A stretch of DNA of 64,000 nucleotides, taken from NCBI GenBank assembly GCA_030141605.1, contig JAQGDQ010000128.1:434001-498000 (forward strand), read 5' to 3'. Below the pieces are notes generated by a model. The model saw only the letters and a list, made by a program, of their open reading frames with translations. It was not told where the DNA came from and made no database searches. Both the position numbers and the translations under genes were made by a program. This document shows, piece after piece, positions 1 to 11,244 of this stretch (the first letter of the stretch is position 1; the number at the start of each line of letters is the position of its first letter). Source of the DNA: Tubiluchus corallicola. Taxonomy: Eukaryota > Animalia > Priapulida.

Positions 1-1309
1 GTAAGTGAGGTCTATGCATTTAACGTCTGCTTTTGCAGTTTTATCTTCGAGACCGATGAAGTTTATGGCTTTTTGCAAACCAACCTTACTAAGTGTTTAC
101 TTTAAAGACAATGACAGCTCATGTGACATGAATATGGTGTACCAATTGTACAAAAATTTTTAACGGAGTGCCAAAAACTGAAAATGTGTGTATAGCGAAT
201 ATGTGTATTGGCTATTATTATGTGCTTGTGTTTTCATTTGTTTTGTTATTGATTGTGGAGTTTTGAATGTGTGAGTTAAGTCATTGTCAAAGTAACTGGA
301 GACAAAAGCTGCAAACTCGTACGAAAACTAGGAGCAAATTTTAATGTTATTCATATACGCACTGAATTTGTGGCATGCTGATCCTCTTAGTCATAGTATC
401 ATAGCTAACTAAAATATTCTGTTATGTCAGTCAAATCATGTGAAATTAAGGCCTTCAACAAGGGTAGAACAATGTACAGGACAATTATAAAAAAATTAAT
501 ATGAGATATCTAGAAATTGTGGCACAACAGCCTCAGCCTCCATCACATGCTAATTTATGTTTTTACAGCATCACAGATCTTTAGCTGATTTAATGCTCGT
601 GCCGTTCTTACTGCATACAATTACCCATTGCATAAAAACTCCAATTGTTTAATATACTATATACTCTAATATTTTTAGCAAGCCTGTAAATATAGTGATG
701 CAACAACACTTCCTGCTTATTATAATAAACTGCTATTGCATTAGTGTTATTGTCCTCATGAGGCAAATTGTATGTTGTGTCTTCTGAATTAGCTGAAATG
801 AATATGTAATTATGCATTATTTTCATGTGCTATCGAACAAAGTCTTTGTTAATTAAATTTTTGTATGCTTTACTGTAAAGCTTAATTTTGTACGTTTTGT
901 AAAAATTCCTAGAAAACGTGTTTAGGGCATTTTCCCTAAGCACATTATGTTTGTCATTAATGCTAAAATCAACGCTATCTTATTATGCAGTCATATGCCG
1001 TGTATGTGCGACGAAGTAAAACATTCAGGTTATCATGTAGTGGAAATTGTGATTATTAAGTTTACATTTGAATTATAATGTACATACATTGTACGACTCC
1101 AACTTGAAAACTTCTAATTTATTCCTCCCTTTTTGCATTAGTTCTAAATCGATGTTCATTGTTTTTTATGCATAATATTTCACGTATGAAATATAAATTA
1201 ATGTACCTACCATTTTACAGTGCAAAATAAATCGAGATTATTATTATCATCTCTTATTTTTTGTGCTTGTACTGTTGAAAATATATAAGAGTATTTCACA
1301 GGTTATCAT

Positions 1310-1713
1310 TAGGGGTGAGCATCGAACGTTCGAATTGAATTCGAACGCTCGAATTCGATTCGAACGAGTTTTTTTTAGTTCGAACTCGATTCGAATCCAA
1401 AACTATAGATTCGAATAAATCAGCACTTCAAAAACACATGCTCTTTATCACTAAAACGATTGAAACATCATGAAATTAGCACAATTTAGCTGTGATTTCT
1501 GCGCACAATTTTAAAGAAATTACTAGTCGTTTTATTGCAGAACAAAATCTAGTGATATGCACGATCTTTGTAAGACAAATGTTTGCTGGTGGTTCGAAAA
1601 TCTTTCGATCTCAATTCGAATTCGAAACACTGAAGTTCGGTTCGATTCGAATTCGAAAGTCACAAATTCGGTTCGATTCGAATTCGCTTTCTGGTAGAGA
1701 ATGCTCACCCCTA
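1310..1713. mobile_element. Non-autonomous hAT-like DNA transposon (MITE), 404 bp
   Basis: 13-bp TIRs TAGGGGTGAGCAT...ATGCTCACCCCTA. Perfect 8-bp TSD GTTATCAT at 1302-1309 and 1714-1721. Dense subterminal TTCGAA/TTCGA repeats at both ends. An 8-bp TSD is typical of hAT elements. Confidence 0.9.
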
Positions 1714-1739
1714 GTTATCATGAGTTTCAGTTTATGATC

Positions 1740-3924
1740 ATGGAACAAATATCGTGTTCAACGAAACAAGGTCACAGCCTTGAAAAGGCAGGCCATTACA
1801 AACTATTTTATTGAAAGGTGTACCGGGGGGCCGAAATCAAAGGACTTTTGGCCAACCATCAAACCTTTCTTGAGTAAAAATTCAAAATCTGGGCAGGATA
1901 TTTGCCTCCTGGAAAATGATTCTGTCGTATCTGACCCTATTCGTTCTGCGATTTGCTCTATGATCATTTCTCTAAAGTAGCAAAGGACATCGGTAGAGAA
2001 CTATCAGACGACGACATTCAGCATCATCCAAGTGTTCTGAAAATTAGAGAAAACTTGAAAGACACTGAAAATTTTGATTTCAAGCCTGTTTCACAGGATC
2101 AGGTAAATAAGTACCTCAGTGCCATTGGTAACAAAAAGGCGACTGGCCTTGACAATATTCCTGTAAAAATTCTGAAACTAGTCAAAGAGGCCTTTCTGCC
2201 TCAATTAACTGGTCTCATAAATCAGATGTTTGACTGTTCAGTTTTTCCAGATGAATTTAAGCATGCTCGCGTCACCCCAGTGTTCAAAAAAGATGATGCG
2301 TTGAACAAGAAAAACTACCGTCCTGTCAGTGTTCTTCCTATAGCTTCAAAGGTGTTTGAGAGAGCCATGGTGGACCAGCTTGGCGACCATATGTCCCGAC
2401 ACTTTCACCCACTCTTGTCAGCCTACCGTAGAGGATACAGCTGCCAGTCGGCACTGTTAGGGTTAACCGAAGAGTGGAGGAAGGGACTGGAGGCCGGTAA
2501 CTATGTTGGTGCCATCCTGATGGATCTTTCAAAGGCGTTTGACAGCCTTCCACACAATTTATTGTTGGAAAAGTTAAGGTGCTATAATTTATCAGAAAAT
2601 GCTGTAAATTTGATCAAAAGCTACCTTACTGACAGAAAACAACTTGTTCAGATCGGGAACGTCCAGAGCTCATCCCTTCCTATGGATAAAGGCGTTCCTC
2701 AGGGATCCTTAACTGGACCTGTACTTTTTCATTGTTTTATTAATGATATCTTCCATTTTGTCAGTAAATCCACCTTGTACAACTATGCTGATGATAATAC
2801 TGTTTCCTACTCCAGTAAATCATTTAATGATATGAAACAAACCTTAGAAGTTGAAAGTAACGCACTGGTCGACTGGTTTGCTTCCAACCAGATGGAAGCA
2901 AATCCGGGGAAGTTTCAGGGGATTGCTGTGGGCAAAATTACACACGACCTGAAACCTACTTTCAACATCAAAGGAGCGGATATTGAATGTACAGATGAGG
3001 TGAAACTTCTTGGTGTAAATATAGACTATCGCCTGAATTTTGACTCGCACATTTCAGCCCTGTGCAAAAAAGCAGCTAAACAGATTAATGTTCTACGCCG
3101 TATTGGGCGAAACCTGTCGGTAAAATGTCGAAAACTCATCTACCTTTCGTTTGTCAAGTCGAATTTTAATTTCTGCCCCGTAATCTGGCATTTCTGTAGT
3201 ACATCAAATAGCCAGAAGTTAGAGCGTTTGAATTTCAGAGCGCTCCATCTAGTTTATAATGATTTCGAAAGTACCTACGAAAATCTATTGTTTAAAGACA
3301 ATTTTGTGTCTCTTCAACTTCAGAGACAACGTCTGATTGCTATCGAAGTATTCAAGATTTTGTCCAAAAACTGCCCGTCCTATCTCTATGGACTGATAGA
3401 GGAACGAAAGCAAAACCGCTACTTCCTCAGAAAAATGAACACTGCAGAACACCCTACATATGATGGTGTTACATACGGAAAGAAAAGTTTCTCCTATTAT
3501 GGAGCCACATTGTGGAATGAATTACCAAACTGTCTCCGAATGGCCGAAAATCTTGGGGAATTTAAACGTCTAATTAACTCATGGACTGGTGCGTCATGTA
3601 AATGTGCCATTTGTAAATTCAGCGAACTTCCCAATTTTATTAAGTCTTAATTAAATGCTGAATGTGTTGGCAGGAAAATTTTTTATTGACCATAGCTTTT
3701 TGTGTAAATTTTAGAAAATGTCACTGCCTAAATTTTTACTGTCTCAAATTTTTACTGTCTTCATGTAGGTGGCATCTAAAAGATTTTAAGAAGTACATAT
3801 TATTACCATGTTGTCGCTCATATACATTATGTTTGATATCGGTTTACGAGCTTTAAGCTCATGTTTTACAAATATGTACTGTTTTATATCATACCGATGA
3901 AAATAAATATTATCTTATCTTATC
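1740..3924 (+). mobile_element. 5'-truncated non-LTR retrotransposon of the CR1 group (CR1/L2/Crack/Daphne-like)
   Basis: Begins mid-ORF2 (WNKYRVQRNKVTALKR). Ends with AATAAA then a (TTATC)n tail at 3910-3924. Flanked by the direct repeat TTATGATC at 1732-1739 and 3925-3932. Clade assignment is approximate. Confidence 0.88.
1741..3650 (+). pseudogene. LINE ORF2 reverse transcriptase, no endonuclease domain, one frameshift near 1945-1952
   Basis: RT motifs NYRPVSVLP, MDLSKAFD, GVPQGS, YADD and KLLGV, plus C-terminal CKCAIC. ORFs 1780-1980 and 1953-3650 join by a 1-nt frameshift (SDPIR/xCDLLYDHF). Confidence 0.9.
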
Positions 3925-4585
3925 TTATGATCCATAATGATAATAATAATGGGGTATGGTATCATTAAGGATAAAAATTGATGGTAATATAACTAACAGC
4001 AAAATTAATAAAGGAAAATTGTAAATGTTGACTTAGTTATACTCGGTGTCGTTATGCGTTGAGTGATATATAATGTATGCTCCTGTCCTCGGCGTTCTGG
4101 CAACTTGGCAAGTGAGAATGACAAGTTGTACCACACAAGACAGGAAGGTAACAGCAAAGTGTAAAAAGAGGGAGTGACGAAACACTTATTGTTACGTATT
4201 TCGTTTTTGCGATTAGCGGCTGTGCTGGCGGCATCAAACGGCGAATGATTAAAAACTTTTGAGTCGCGCATTGACTGTAATAATAATATTCTTAATTACA
4301 CCAGTAGTGTAGGCATACGTGCAATTTTGATAAGCCAAAAACACTTTTGCGTTTTTGATAAAAGAAGAATATCTCAAACAAAAGCAATTATTAGCTTTAT
4401 AAAACTAAAAACACATCATGAAAACGAAAAACAGTTGTAGCAATAAGTTTGTATTATGTACTTGCAAATACTTCTCCAGTTTCCTTGTAAGTAAAATTTT
4501 ATTGTTCTTCCTGAGGAAAGAGGCTAGCTGACTGCGTGATGGGCTGTCTACTTTGTAAAAAAGTAATGCATTTTTTATTGATTTT

Positions 4586-4690
4586 TCTCTCCCTCCCTCT
4601 CTTAGAGGGAAAGAGAGGGAGGGAGGGAGAGAGACAGACACACAGAGAGAGGGAGGGAGGGAGAGAGACAGACAAACAGAGAGAGAGAGA
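4586..4690. repeat. CT-rich then GA-rich polypurine/polypyrimidine microsatellite
   Basis: tctctccctccctctct followed by (GA)n/(GGGA)n/GACA tracts. Confidence 0.85.
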
Positions 4691-4699
4691 TCCTTCTTT

Positions 4700-4760
4700 T
4701 ACTTTTGTTGAAGGTTCCGCCATTTGTTTCTTGGTCGTTGTACTCCAATGCGAGGTGGCA
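4700..4760 (+). promoter_or_regulatory. Candidate ZDHHC16 promoter or first non-coding exon
   Basis: YY1-like CCGCCATTTG at 4717-4726 next to the GA tract. The ZDHHC16 coding exon starts with an acceptor, so an upstream exon is required. The location is inferred only. Confidence 0.3.
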
Positions 4761-7700
4761 GATTTGGCACATTAAAAATTGCACCCATTTACGTGCTCTA
4801 CAATTAAGCTATAAGCTATATAATTACACATATATTATATTGTAGGTTTGTATATAAATTATGTGCACATGCATGCACGCACCCAACAAGTAATTGCATA
4901 TGGTGCTTCATATACATGTATGATGTATGCATTCTATGAAGAGAACCTATATATAGCGTATATATTTAACAATATAAATTGATTGCCCCTAGCACCAAGG
5001 CCTATATAAAATCACTTAATTTAAGCCTATCACTAAATAAATTATTTATCAAGACTTGTCTGTGGATTTAGGTGTCAGGTGTTTTATTAGTACGCTTATA
5101 CTAATATGCTTATACAAGCATATATTTGCACATGAACAGACTGTATTTAACGAGCATTTATTGGGACACAAACCTAACTGAATCTTAAAAAAAATAGGCT
5201 AAATATAAGTGATGTCTACACATGACCCGCCTACAGATTCTAATTTATTGTGCCAGGTTGGCTTCTCACCTGAATTCTGTAACTTGATTTTGACCTAGTT
5301 AGTTAGTCATTATAGAGGTGGAAGTAATGTCGGCTGTTTAGGATGACAGCTTTGATGTTTCGTTTTGTTATTTTTTGTTCACTGGCAATAAAAAATAGGA
5401 GTAATGTCGTAAATGCATCTCCGTTTGTTCAACGGGATTTTATAGTCAACTCCAACTCATAACAAAGGCCAATGTATGATTATATGCTTTTTAAACATCT
5501 TTTAACTTGGAATTAACAAACCATACAGATGCCTATATTAAGTTTTGTTCTGGAAAAATTATTTGCTCTTCTGAAAAGATCGATTTTTTTTCTATGAAAG
5601 GTATTACACATGAAAGTCAGGCCTAATATTTCTTCAATATATATTTCCTGATAAAAACATATTAAATGGGATGTTTTTAGAAAAATTATTTCTCCAAAAA
5701 TAGACATGAGCCAGGTATTTGCAAACTTTCTTTATGGTCAACTTTTTTAACTTCTTTTGCAAATAAGTCTATTAATTTTCATGAGATATGAATATAATAG
5801 TTTTTATTTTAACTACTAATTATTCTTAGGGCCTTATGCTTGCTTTAAATAATATTCAAAAATATAACAGCTGCTATAAATTGCCAAAGACAGATGTAGG
5901 CCTTGCAGTCTTTGCCTAGCGTACAAATATTTAACTTGTAACAAAAGTTACAAAACGGTGTTATAATGAACATTTTGTTATAATTACCTGGCTGCCGCCT
6001 CGAGAAATTTAAAAAGATTTCATTTATGTTTTTGCAACTCACTGCAGAGCAATTTATGAGCACCTGTCGACTAGCCTGGCTTTGGTGGTCTCAGCAATTC
6101 ATCTGCTGCAGTACACACCCGTGTGCCTATTGTGAACAGTTTGCGCTATAGCGTACCTGACAACAACAGTCTGTACTGCTGTGTCGCTAGGGCGACACTA
6201 ACTGCTCGAACTGCTGTGCTGTGTAGTATATATCTAATTCATGTAGTCCGTATTCTTTGGTAACAGCTGGTTGTCGCTTTGATTTCTGGTATTGCTTGTA
6301 GTCATCCCTGTCTGGTTGCTAGTTACTTGATGCACAACATACCCTAAAATCACATTTTCGCTTTTTATAATCTAGTTCCGTGGGTGTTAGAAGAAAACGT
6401 TGTGCTGTGCCTATAAAAAGGCAAAGCACATACGGGCTTGGAGCACCACAACGGGGTGTGGCTGTAGCAACAGGCGGAATGGTAATCACGATAATCGTTA
6501 TTTTTTACTAGTAATACTCTATGTGTATTACTATAAGTTTGTTCCCAAACGAGACTGCAAATTAGGCATTTTCTTCCATTGGAAATGACGACAAGCAGCC
6601 GAAAAATCTGGCTGCTCCCACGAAATTTGCATGTCTCATTTTCATCGATGCGTAAAGAATCCTGTACTATGCTATAGTATAGCATACTATATAGGAGTGT
6701 AGCAATATAAATTACAACATTAATGTTGTACAGCAATTTTACAACTTCACATATTTTTCCATGTACACGTACTTGAGTTTATTGTGTTTAATATGTATTT
6801 AACAGTAAATTCCAAATTCAAGTCATTTTCATAAAAACTCCCAAATGACACTGTTCTTATAGTTCGGTTACTATGCTAACTGTCGCATGTTATATGACTG
6901 ATAAGTAATTGTATCCAACAGCATCATAAAAAGTGAATATAACAGTGTCTTTATCAAGCAAAAACCATCGTCCGTGCTGAATTTTGTGCATTAAAAATTT
7001 CGAAATTCCAACCTGCAAAAACCATTCTCCGTGTTGAATTTTGTACACATACTAGAAAATATCAAATTACCAACCCATGTGCATTTAATTAAATACATTT
7101 GTAATTCAACTGTTTCCTTTCCTGTCATATTTGTGCCTTTTTATAATAATGCATTTGGTACACGTATAAGTGAAGCAGTTCAAATCTATCAAGCACCAGC
7201 GAGAATGTCATTAACATGGTGTCATGTTCATAGTAACACAGGAGTGAAAACTTTTTGTGATTTAGATACATCCTAGACAACCACATTAATTTAAATTATG
7301 CTGTAAATGTAAATGGGCCATTGCTAGCTGCATATGTCCACTCAGAAAATTTACAAAGTTTCATTAATACGGAGATGTAGTAAACATGGCAATCTTATTT
7401 ACTGGCCATGGAGGACCGATATGCAGATAACTTCTGCCTTCCACAATAGCAGGCCAATTTACTAGAATTTCCAGGAGGACTGATGTTAAATTTGTGCCCT
7501 GGTTAGTTACGTGTTAATCTATTTCTGATTGCTTGAAATTGAAAATTATCTGAGACATCTTATAGGTTCAGCATCTCACCTTAAAGGATTATCACTAACT
7601 AGATACATTCCTGGTTCCTATCATTCAATGGGTGCCACTGCATTCCAGCTTGCAGAATGCAAGACTGTATAAAAGACTAATCATTACGTGAAATTTTTTT

Positions 7701-8233
7701 CAACCGCTAGCCAAAGTTATCGATTAGGCCCATCACAGTTAAGTTATTTTATTAATATTTGACTAATCTGCAATCTACAGGATTCATGTGTTCTGACCAC
7801 AAATTTGGCAAATTTACTTTCAATTTTGTAAAGCGTATAATTTATTCAAAAGGAAGAAATATAGATTAGACGATGTATGTAGAGAGGCATTTGTCTTGAA
7901 CTATGCAAACAGCCGAACTTGCAAACTATTGCCATGCATAAAACAATTTTTTACTTTATTTAAATAAAATATTTAGAAGAAAACTTTGATACACCTGCAT
8001 AAAAAAGTTGTTATGAAATTTATAGAAAGACAAAAACTGTTTTAATATGCAGTCCTAGAACAAAAAGTTAATCACTCTTATTATAGTTATTAAAAGTATT
8101 ATAGCTGTCACTGAGATACTTCTAGTTTTGTTTTTATGTAACTTTTAAATGAAGCTGGCATATAGCCAAGTAGGAGCTGTAACCTAGCTGACTACAATTC
8201 TTTGTTTCACAAAACTGATGTTAGATTACATTG

Positions 8234-8277
8234 ATTAGAATAGATTAGAGTAGAGTAGAGTAGATTAGATTAGATTA
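8234..8277. repeat. (TAGAT/TAGAG)n pentanucleotide microsatellite
   Basis: attagaatagattagagtagagtagagtagattagattagatta. Confidence 0.8.
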
Positions 8278-8846
8278 CAAAAGACTACGTAAATGCATTA
8301 CTAAAATTTGCATGCAATTTTTGTTTATAATATAACAAAATGAGGAACTTGACTGAATAACCACCTCTAAATCTGTCCTTATTTAATCTCTCTAGCTTTT
8401 GCAATCATTGTGAGGAGGCTTAATAAAGTTGCAATGTACAATATCTTTGGCACTGCATGTTTTAGCAAAAATGATGGTAATTTTTCTCCTGACCTAAGTG
8501 ATGTCCGAGCAGGTATACAAGGTTATGAACACTTACAGAAAAACTTCATGCCTGGCTGAAAAATGCACGCTTTAATTAAATTAACCCAATATTATGGTGA
8601 TGAATACCTTTTCTGATGATCTGCGGTTGGTTAATGTTTCCATACGTACTGTAGAAAATTCTTATTTATAATATTAGGTCAAGTTCAATGAAATTAGGTT
8701 TTACACATTAGATTCTGTGATTCCCAAAAAAGTTGAGGCTTTTACTTCATTATATCATTAATTAAAACAATTTTTATTTTTCAGGATATGAGCTCATGCT
8801 GAAAACTGTTACATGTGTTGCCTGAAGCAACAACACTCATTGAACA

Positions 8847-9998
8847 ATGAGGCGGTTCTTCTTTGCATGGCACAGGCTATGCAGTAGCTTCATGCCACTC
8901 AGACTGCAGACATATATGAGAGGAGAGTGGGACATTGCCAAAATTGCTTTCTGGTCTTTATTTTACAATGCATTTACAAATCGAAACACTGTGATTGATT
9001 TAGGAATGGAACCAATATTTTGGTTTGTTGACCACTTTGCCAAGTACTTGGGACCAGCCATGGTGTTTATGGTCATCTGCCTGACACTTACAGTTGTTAT
9101 TATATTTTATCTGATAATCATGCCTTTCACAATGCTACAAAGTTTTTACCTAACCTGCTTTCATCTAGTATTTGGACACTGGTTGCTATTAATGATAGTG
9201 TTCAATTACCTAATGGGGGTTTTAACACATCCGGGTCGACCACCACCAGGCGAAATCCCGGAAGCTGTTACCATATGTAAGAAGTGCATTGCTCCAAAAC
9301 CTCCAAGAACGCACCATTGCAGTGTATGTAACTATTGTGTGCTAAAAATGGACCATCATTGTCCATGGGTTAACAACTGCATTGGCCATTACAACCATCG
9401 GTATTTCTTTATGTTTTGCATTTACATGTGGGCCGGAACTTTGTATGTTGTTATTACCACTTATCCTCTCTTTTATGATCAGTTTTTCAGGAATGAACCC
9501 CAATTTCAGCCCCTGAAATTCTGGATAGTAAATCTAAGTTTAGATATCAGTCTTATTGAACCTTACCTGATGCACCAGTCAGAGCCGCAACTTTTAACGG
9601 ATTTTTCTACTGATTCATCAGAAAAACCATTTTTAAAGAAGCTGACATACAACTGTGTCGTTTATGAGTTTTTAATATGCAGTGGTGTATTTATTGCTTT
9701 AGGCTTACTGATTTTGTGGCATTATAAATTAATTGATAGAGGTGAAACCAGCATTGAACATCACATCAATAAATCGGAAGCCGAACGTCTAAAAAAAGAG
9801 GGTAAAGTGTTTCATAACCCATATTATTATGGTAAGAAGGAAACATGGAGGATATTTTTGGGACTTGAGGAAGGAAGAACTGTTTGGCGGCACTTACTCC
9901 TACCATCGATGCATAAGCCTGGTGGAAATGGTCTTACTTGGAAAACGTCAACTTACAGCCTAGATTATTCAAATTCAAGAGATCCAAAGAACGTGTAA
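8847..9998 (+). CDS. ZDHHC16: Palmitoyltransferase ZDHHC16-like, 383 aa, single coding exon
   Basis: DHHC-CRD CKKCIAPKPPRTHHCSVCNYCVLKMDHHCPWVNNCIGHYNHRYF. Subfamily-type segments EPIFWFVD, GETSIE, NPYYYG and LLPSMHKPGGNGLTW. Four hydrophobic segments. Splice acceptor (tttttcag) ends at 8784. AATAAA near 10675. Confidence 0.92.
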   Translation: MRRFFFAWHRLCSSFMPLRLQTYMRGEWDIAKIAFWSLFYNAFTNRNTVIDLGMEPIFWFVDHFAKYLGPAMVFMVICLTLTVVIIFYLIIMPFTMLQSFYLTCFHLVFGHWLLLMIVFNYLMGVLTHPGRPPPGEIPEAVTICKKCIAPKPPRTHHCSVCNYCVLKMDHHCPWVNNCIGHYNHRYFFMFCIYMWAGTLYVVITTYPLFYDQFFRNEPQFQPLKFWIVNLSLDISLIEPYLMHQSEPQLLTDFSTDSSEKPFLKKLTYNCVVYEFLICSGVFIALGLLILWHYKLIDRGETSIEHHINKSEAERLKKEGKVFHNPYYYGKKETWRIFLGLEEGRTVWRHLLLPSMHKPGGNGLTWKTSTYSLDYSNSRDPKNV

Positions 9999-10372
9999 GA
10001 AGTAATCACGAACTTATCATTAAATACCTTCATTTATTAACTTCCAAAAGTTTCTTGTCAAATTTATTAATTTGATGTATGAAAAACACCATGAAAGACT
10101 ACATTGCTATAAAACAGAGGTATTGATTATCTTTTTTAACTAGGGAAAACTCTGTTCTGGAAGAAGATTAATATAAATTTAATTAACCTATTATTATACA
10201 GCCATTTACAATAATTGTGACTTTTTCAAATTTGCAAGTATCAATAATTTTTGAAAAACAGTTCCTGTTAAATTTTTGTCTTGTTATTAATTATTTTTTA
10301 TTTGCTATTCTATTTTACATTACATAAAATAGGCCCATTTGCATATCAATGTTCATATTCACATATAATCAT

Positions 10373-10465
10373 TAGGGGGTGAGCATCGAATGTTTGAGTT
10401 CGAATCGAATTGGAATGTTTGAATTCGATTCAAATTTGCTTTCTGGTAGATAATGCTCACCCTTA
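10373..10465. mobile_element. 93-bp internally deleted copy of the 1310-1713 hAT-like MITE, in the presumed ZDHHC16 3'UTR
   Basis: TAGGGGGTGAGCATCGAA...TTCTGGTAGATAATGCTCACCCTTA matches both ends of the first copy. It has its own 8-bp TSD ATAATCAT at 10365-10372 and 10466-10473. Confidence 0.85.
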
Positions 10466-10700
10466 ATAATCATTGCAATTCATAGTAATTCTTATGACTG
10501 ATTGGTTATTTTAGTTATTCTATTTTTGGGGGGAAATTACAATTATATGTCGATTTATCTTCTAGAATTTAGTAACAAAACTAATGATCAATATTTGACT
10601 GTTTTATTCACTTCTAAAATTAAGTATAAAGATTTTTTATATTCGACTTTATGCTAAACTCTAATTTATTGACCAATAAAACAGTTTGGGGAAACTCAAC

Positions 10701-10790
10701 ATACTAATAATAATAATAACAACAACATCAAAAATACTACTAATAATGATTGTTATTATTATTATTACTATTATTATTATTATTATTAAT
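10701..10790. repeat. (AAT/AAC)n followed by (ATT)n trinucleotide microsatellite in inverted arrangement
   Basis: taataataataataacaacaac ... tgttattattattattactattattatt. Confidence 0.8.
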
Positions 10791-10919
10791 TAGACAACAA
10801 GGGCAAGATTTCAATTGAATCAGCTAGTTCACTTCGTTGTAGTAGAATTCTATTAGAATAAAAACTATGTTTGAGTTGAATTGCCATATAATTTTTATTT
10901 TCAGTTTGTTGCGCTTGGA

Positions 10920-10955
10920 CATAGTCACGTGATAGTGCCGCGAGATTTCAAAGTA
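10920..10955 (+). promoter_or_regulatory. Candidate BUB1 promoter: E-box plus CDE/CHR-like (DREAM/MuvB) element
   Basis: CACGTG at 10926-10931. GCCGCG-AGAT-TTCAAA at 10937-10952 is a GC element, a 4-nt spacer and a TTYRAA motif, upstream of a G2/M gene. Confidence 0.5.
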
Positions 10956-11244
10956 CACCCAAAAATTTTACTTTTTTGTAAACAGCTGTTTTTGGTTTTA
11001 GTTTAGCGATTTTGTGTATAACAGGTGATCGTAGTGCAAAACTTTATTGTTACTTATTACTGCAATTTTTAGATATAACGGTGTTAGCACATAGACTATT
11101 CAACTTAATAACAAAAAATCCCACAATAAAGAAATTACAATATGTGTTAAACGTAATTATAGTCATTGAATTTATATAACAAATAAACGCTTACTAGAGC
11201 GTGAATTCTATAAAGCAGTAGCAGTCGGTATGAAGGGAAATACC

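Noticed and set aside
1-660. Donor-like GTAAGT at position 1 and acceptor near 569 suggesting the tail of an upstream gene
   Set aside because: No recognisable coding sequence, so it cannot be supported within the window.
1492-1737. 81-aa ORF and TTCGAA arrays resembling a CRISPR or heat-shock array
   Set aside because: Lies inside the hAT-like MITE. The repeats are irregular subterminal motifs with no repeat-spacer periodicity.
4405-4784. Cluster of short ORFs on both strands
   Set aside because: Produced by the stop-poor GA/CT microsatellite.
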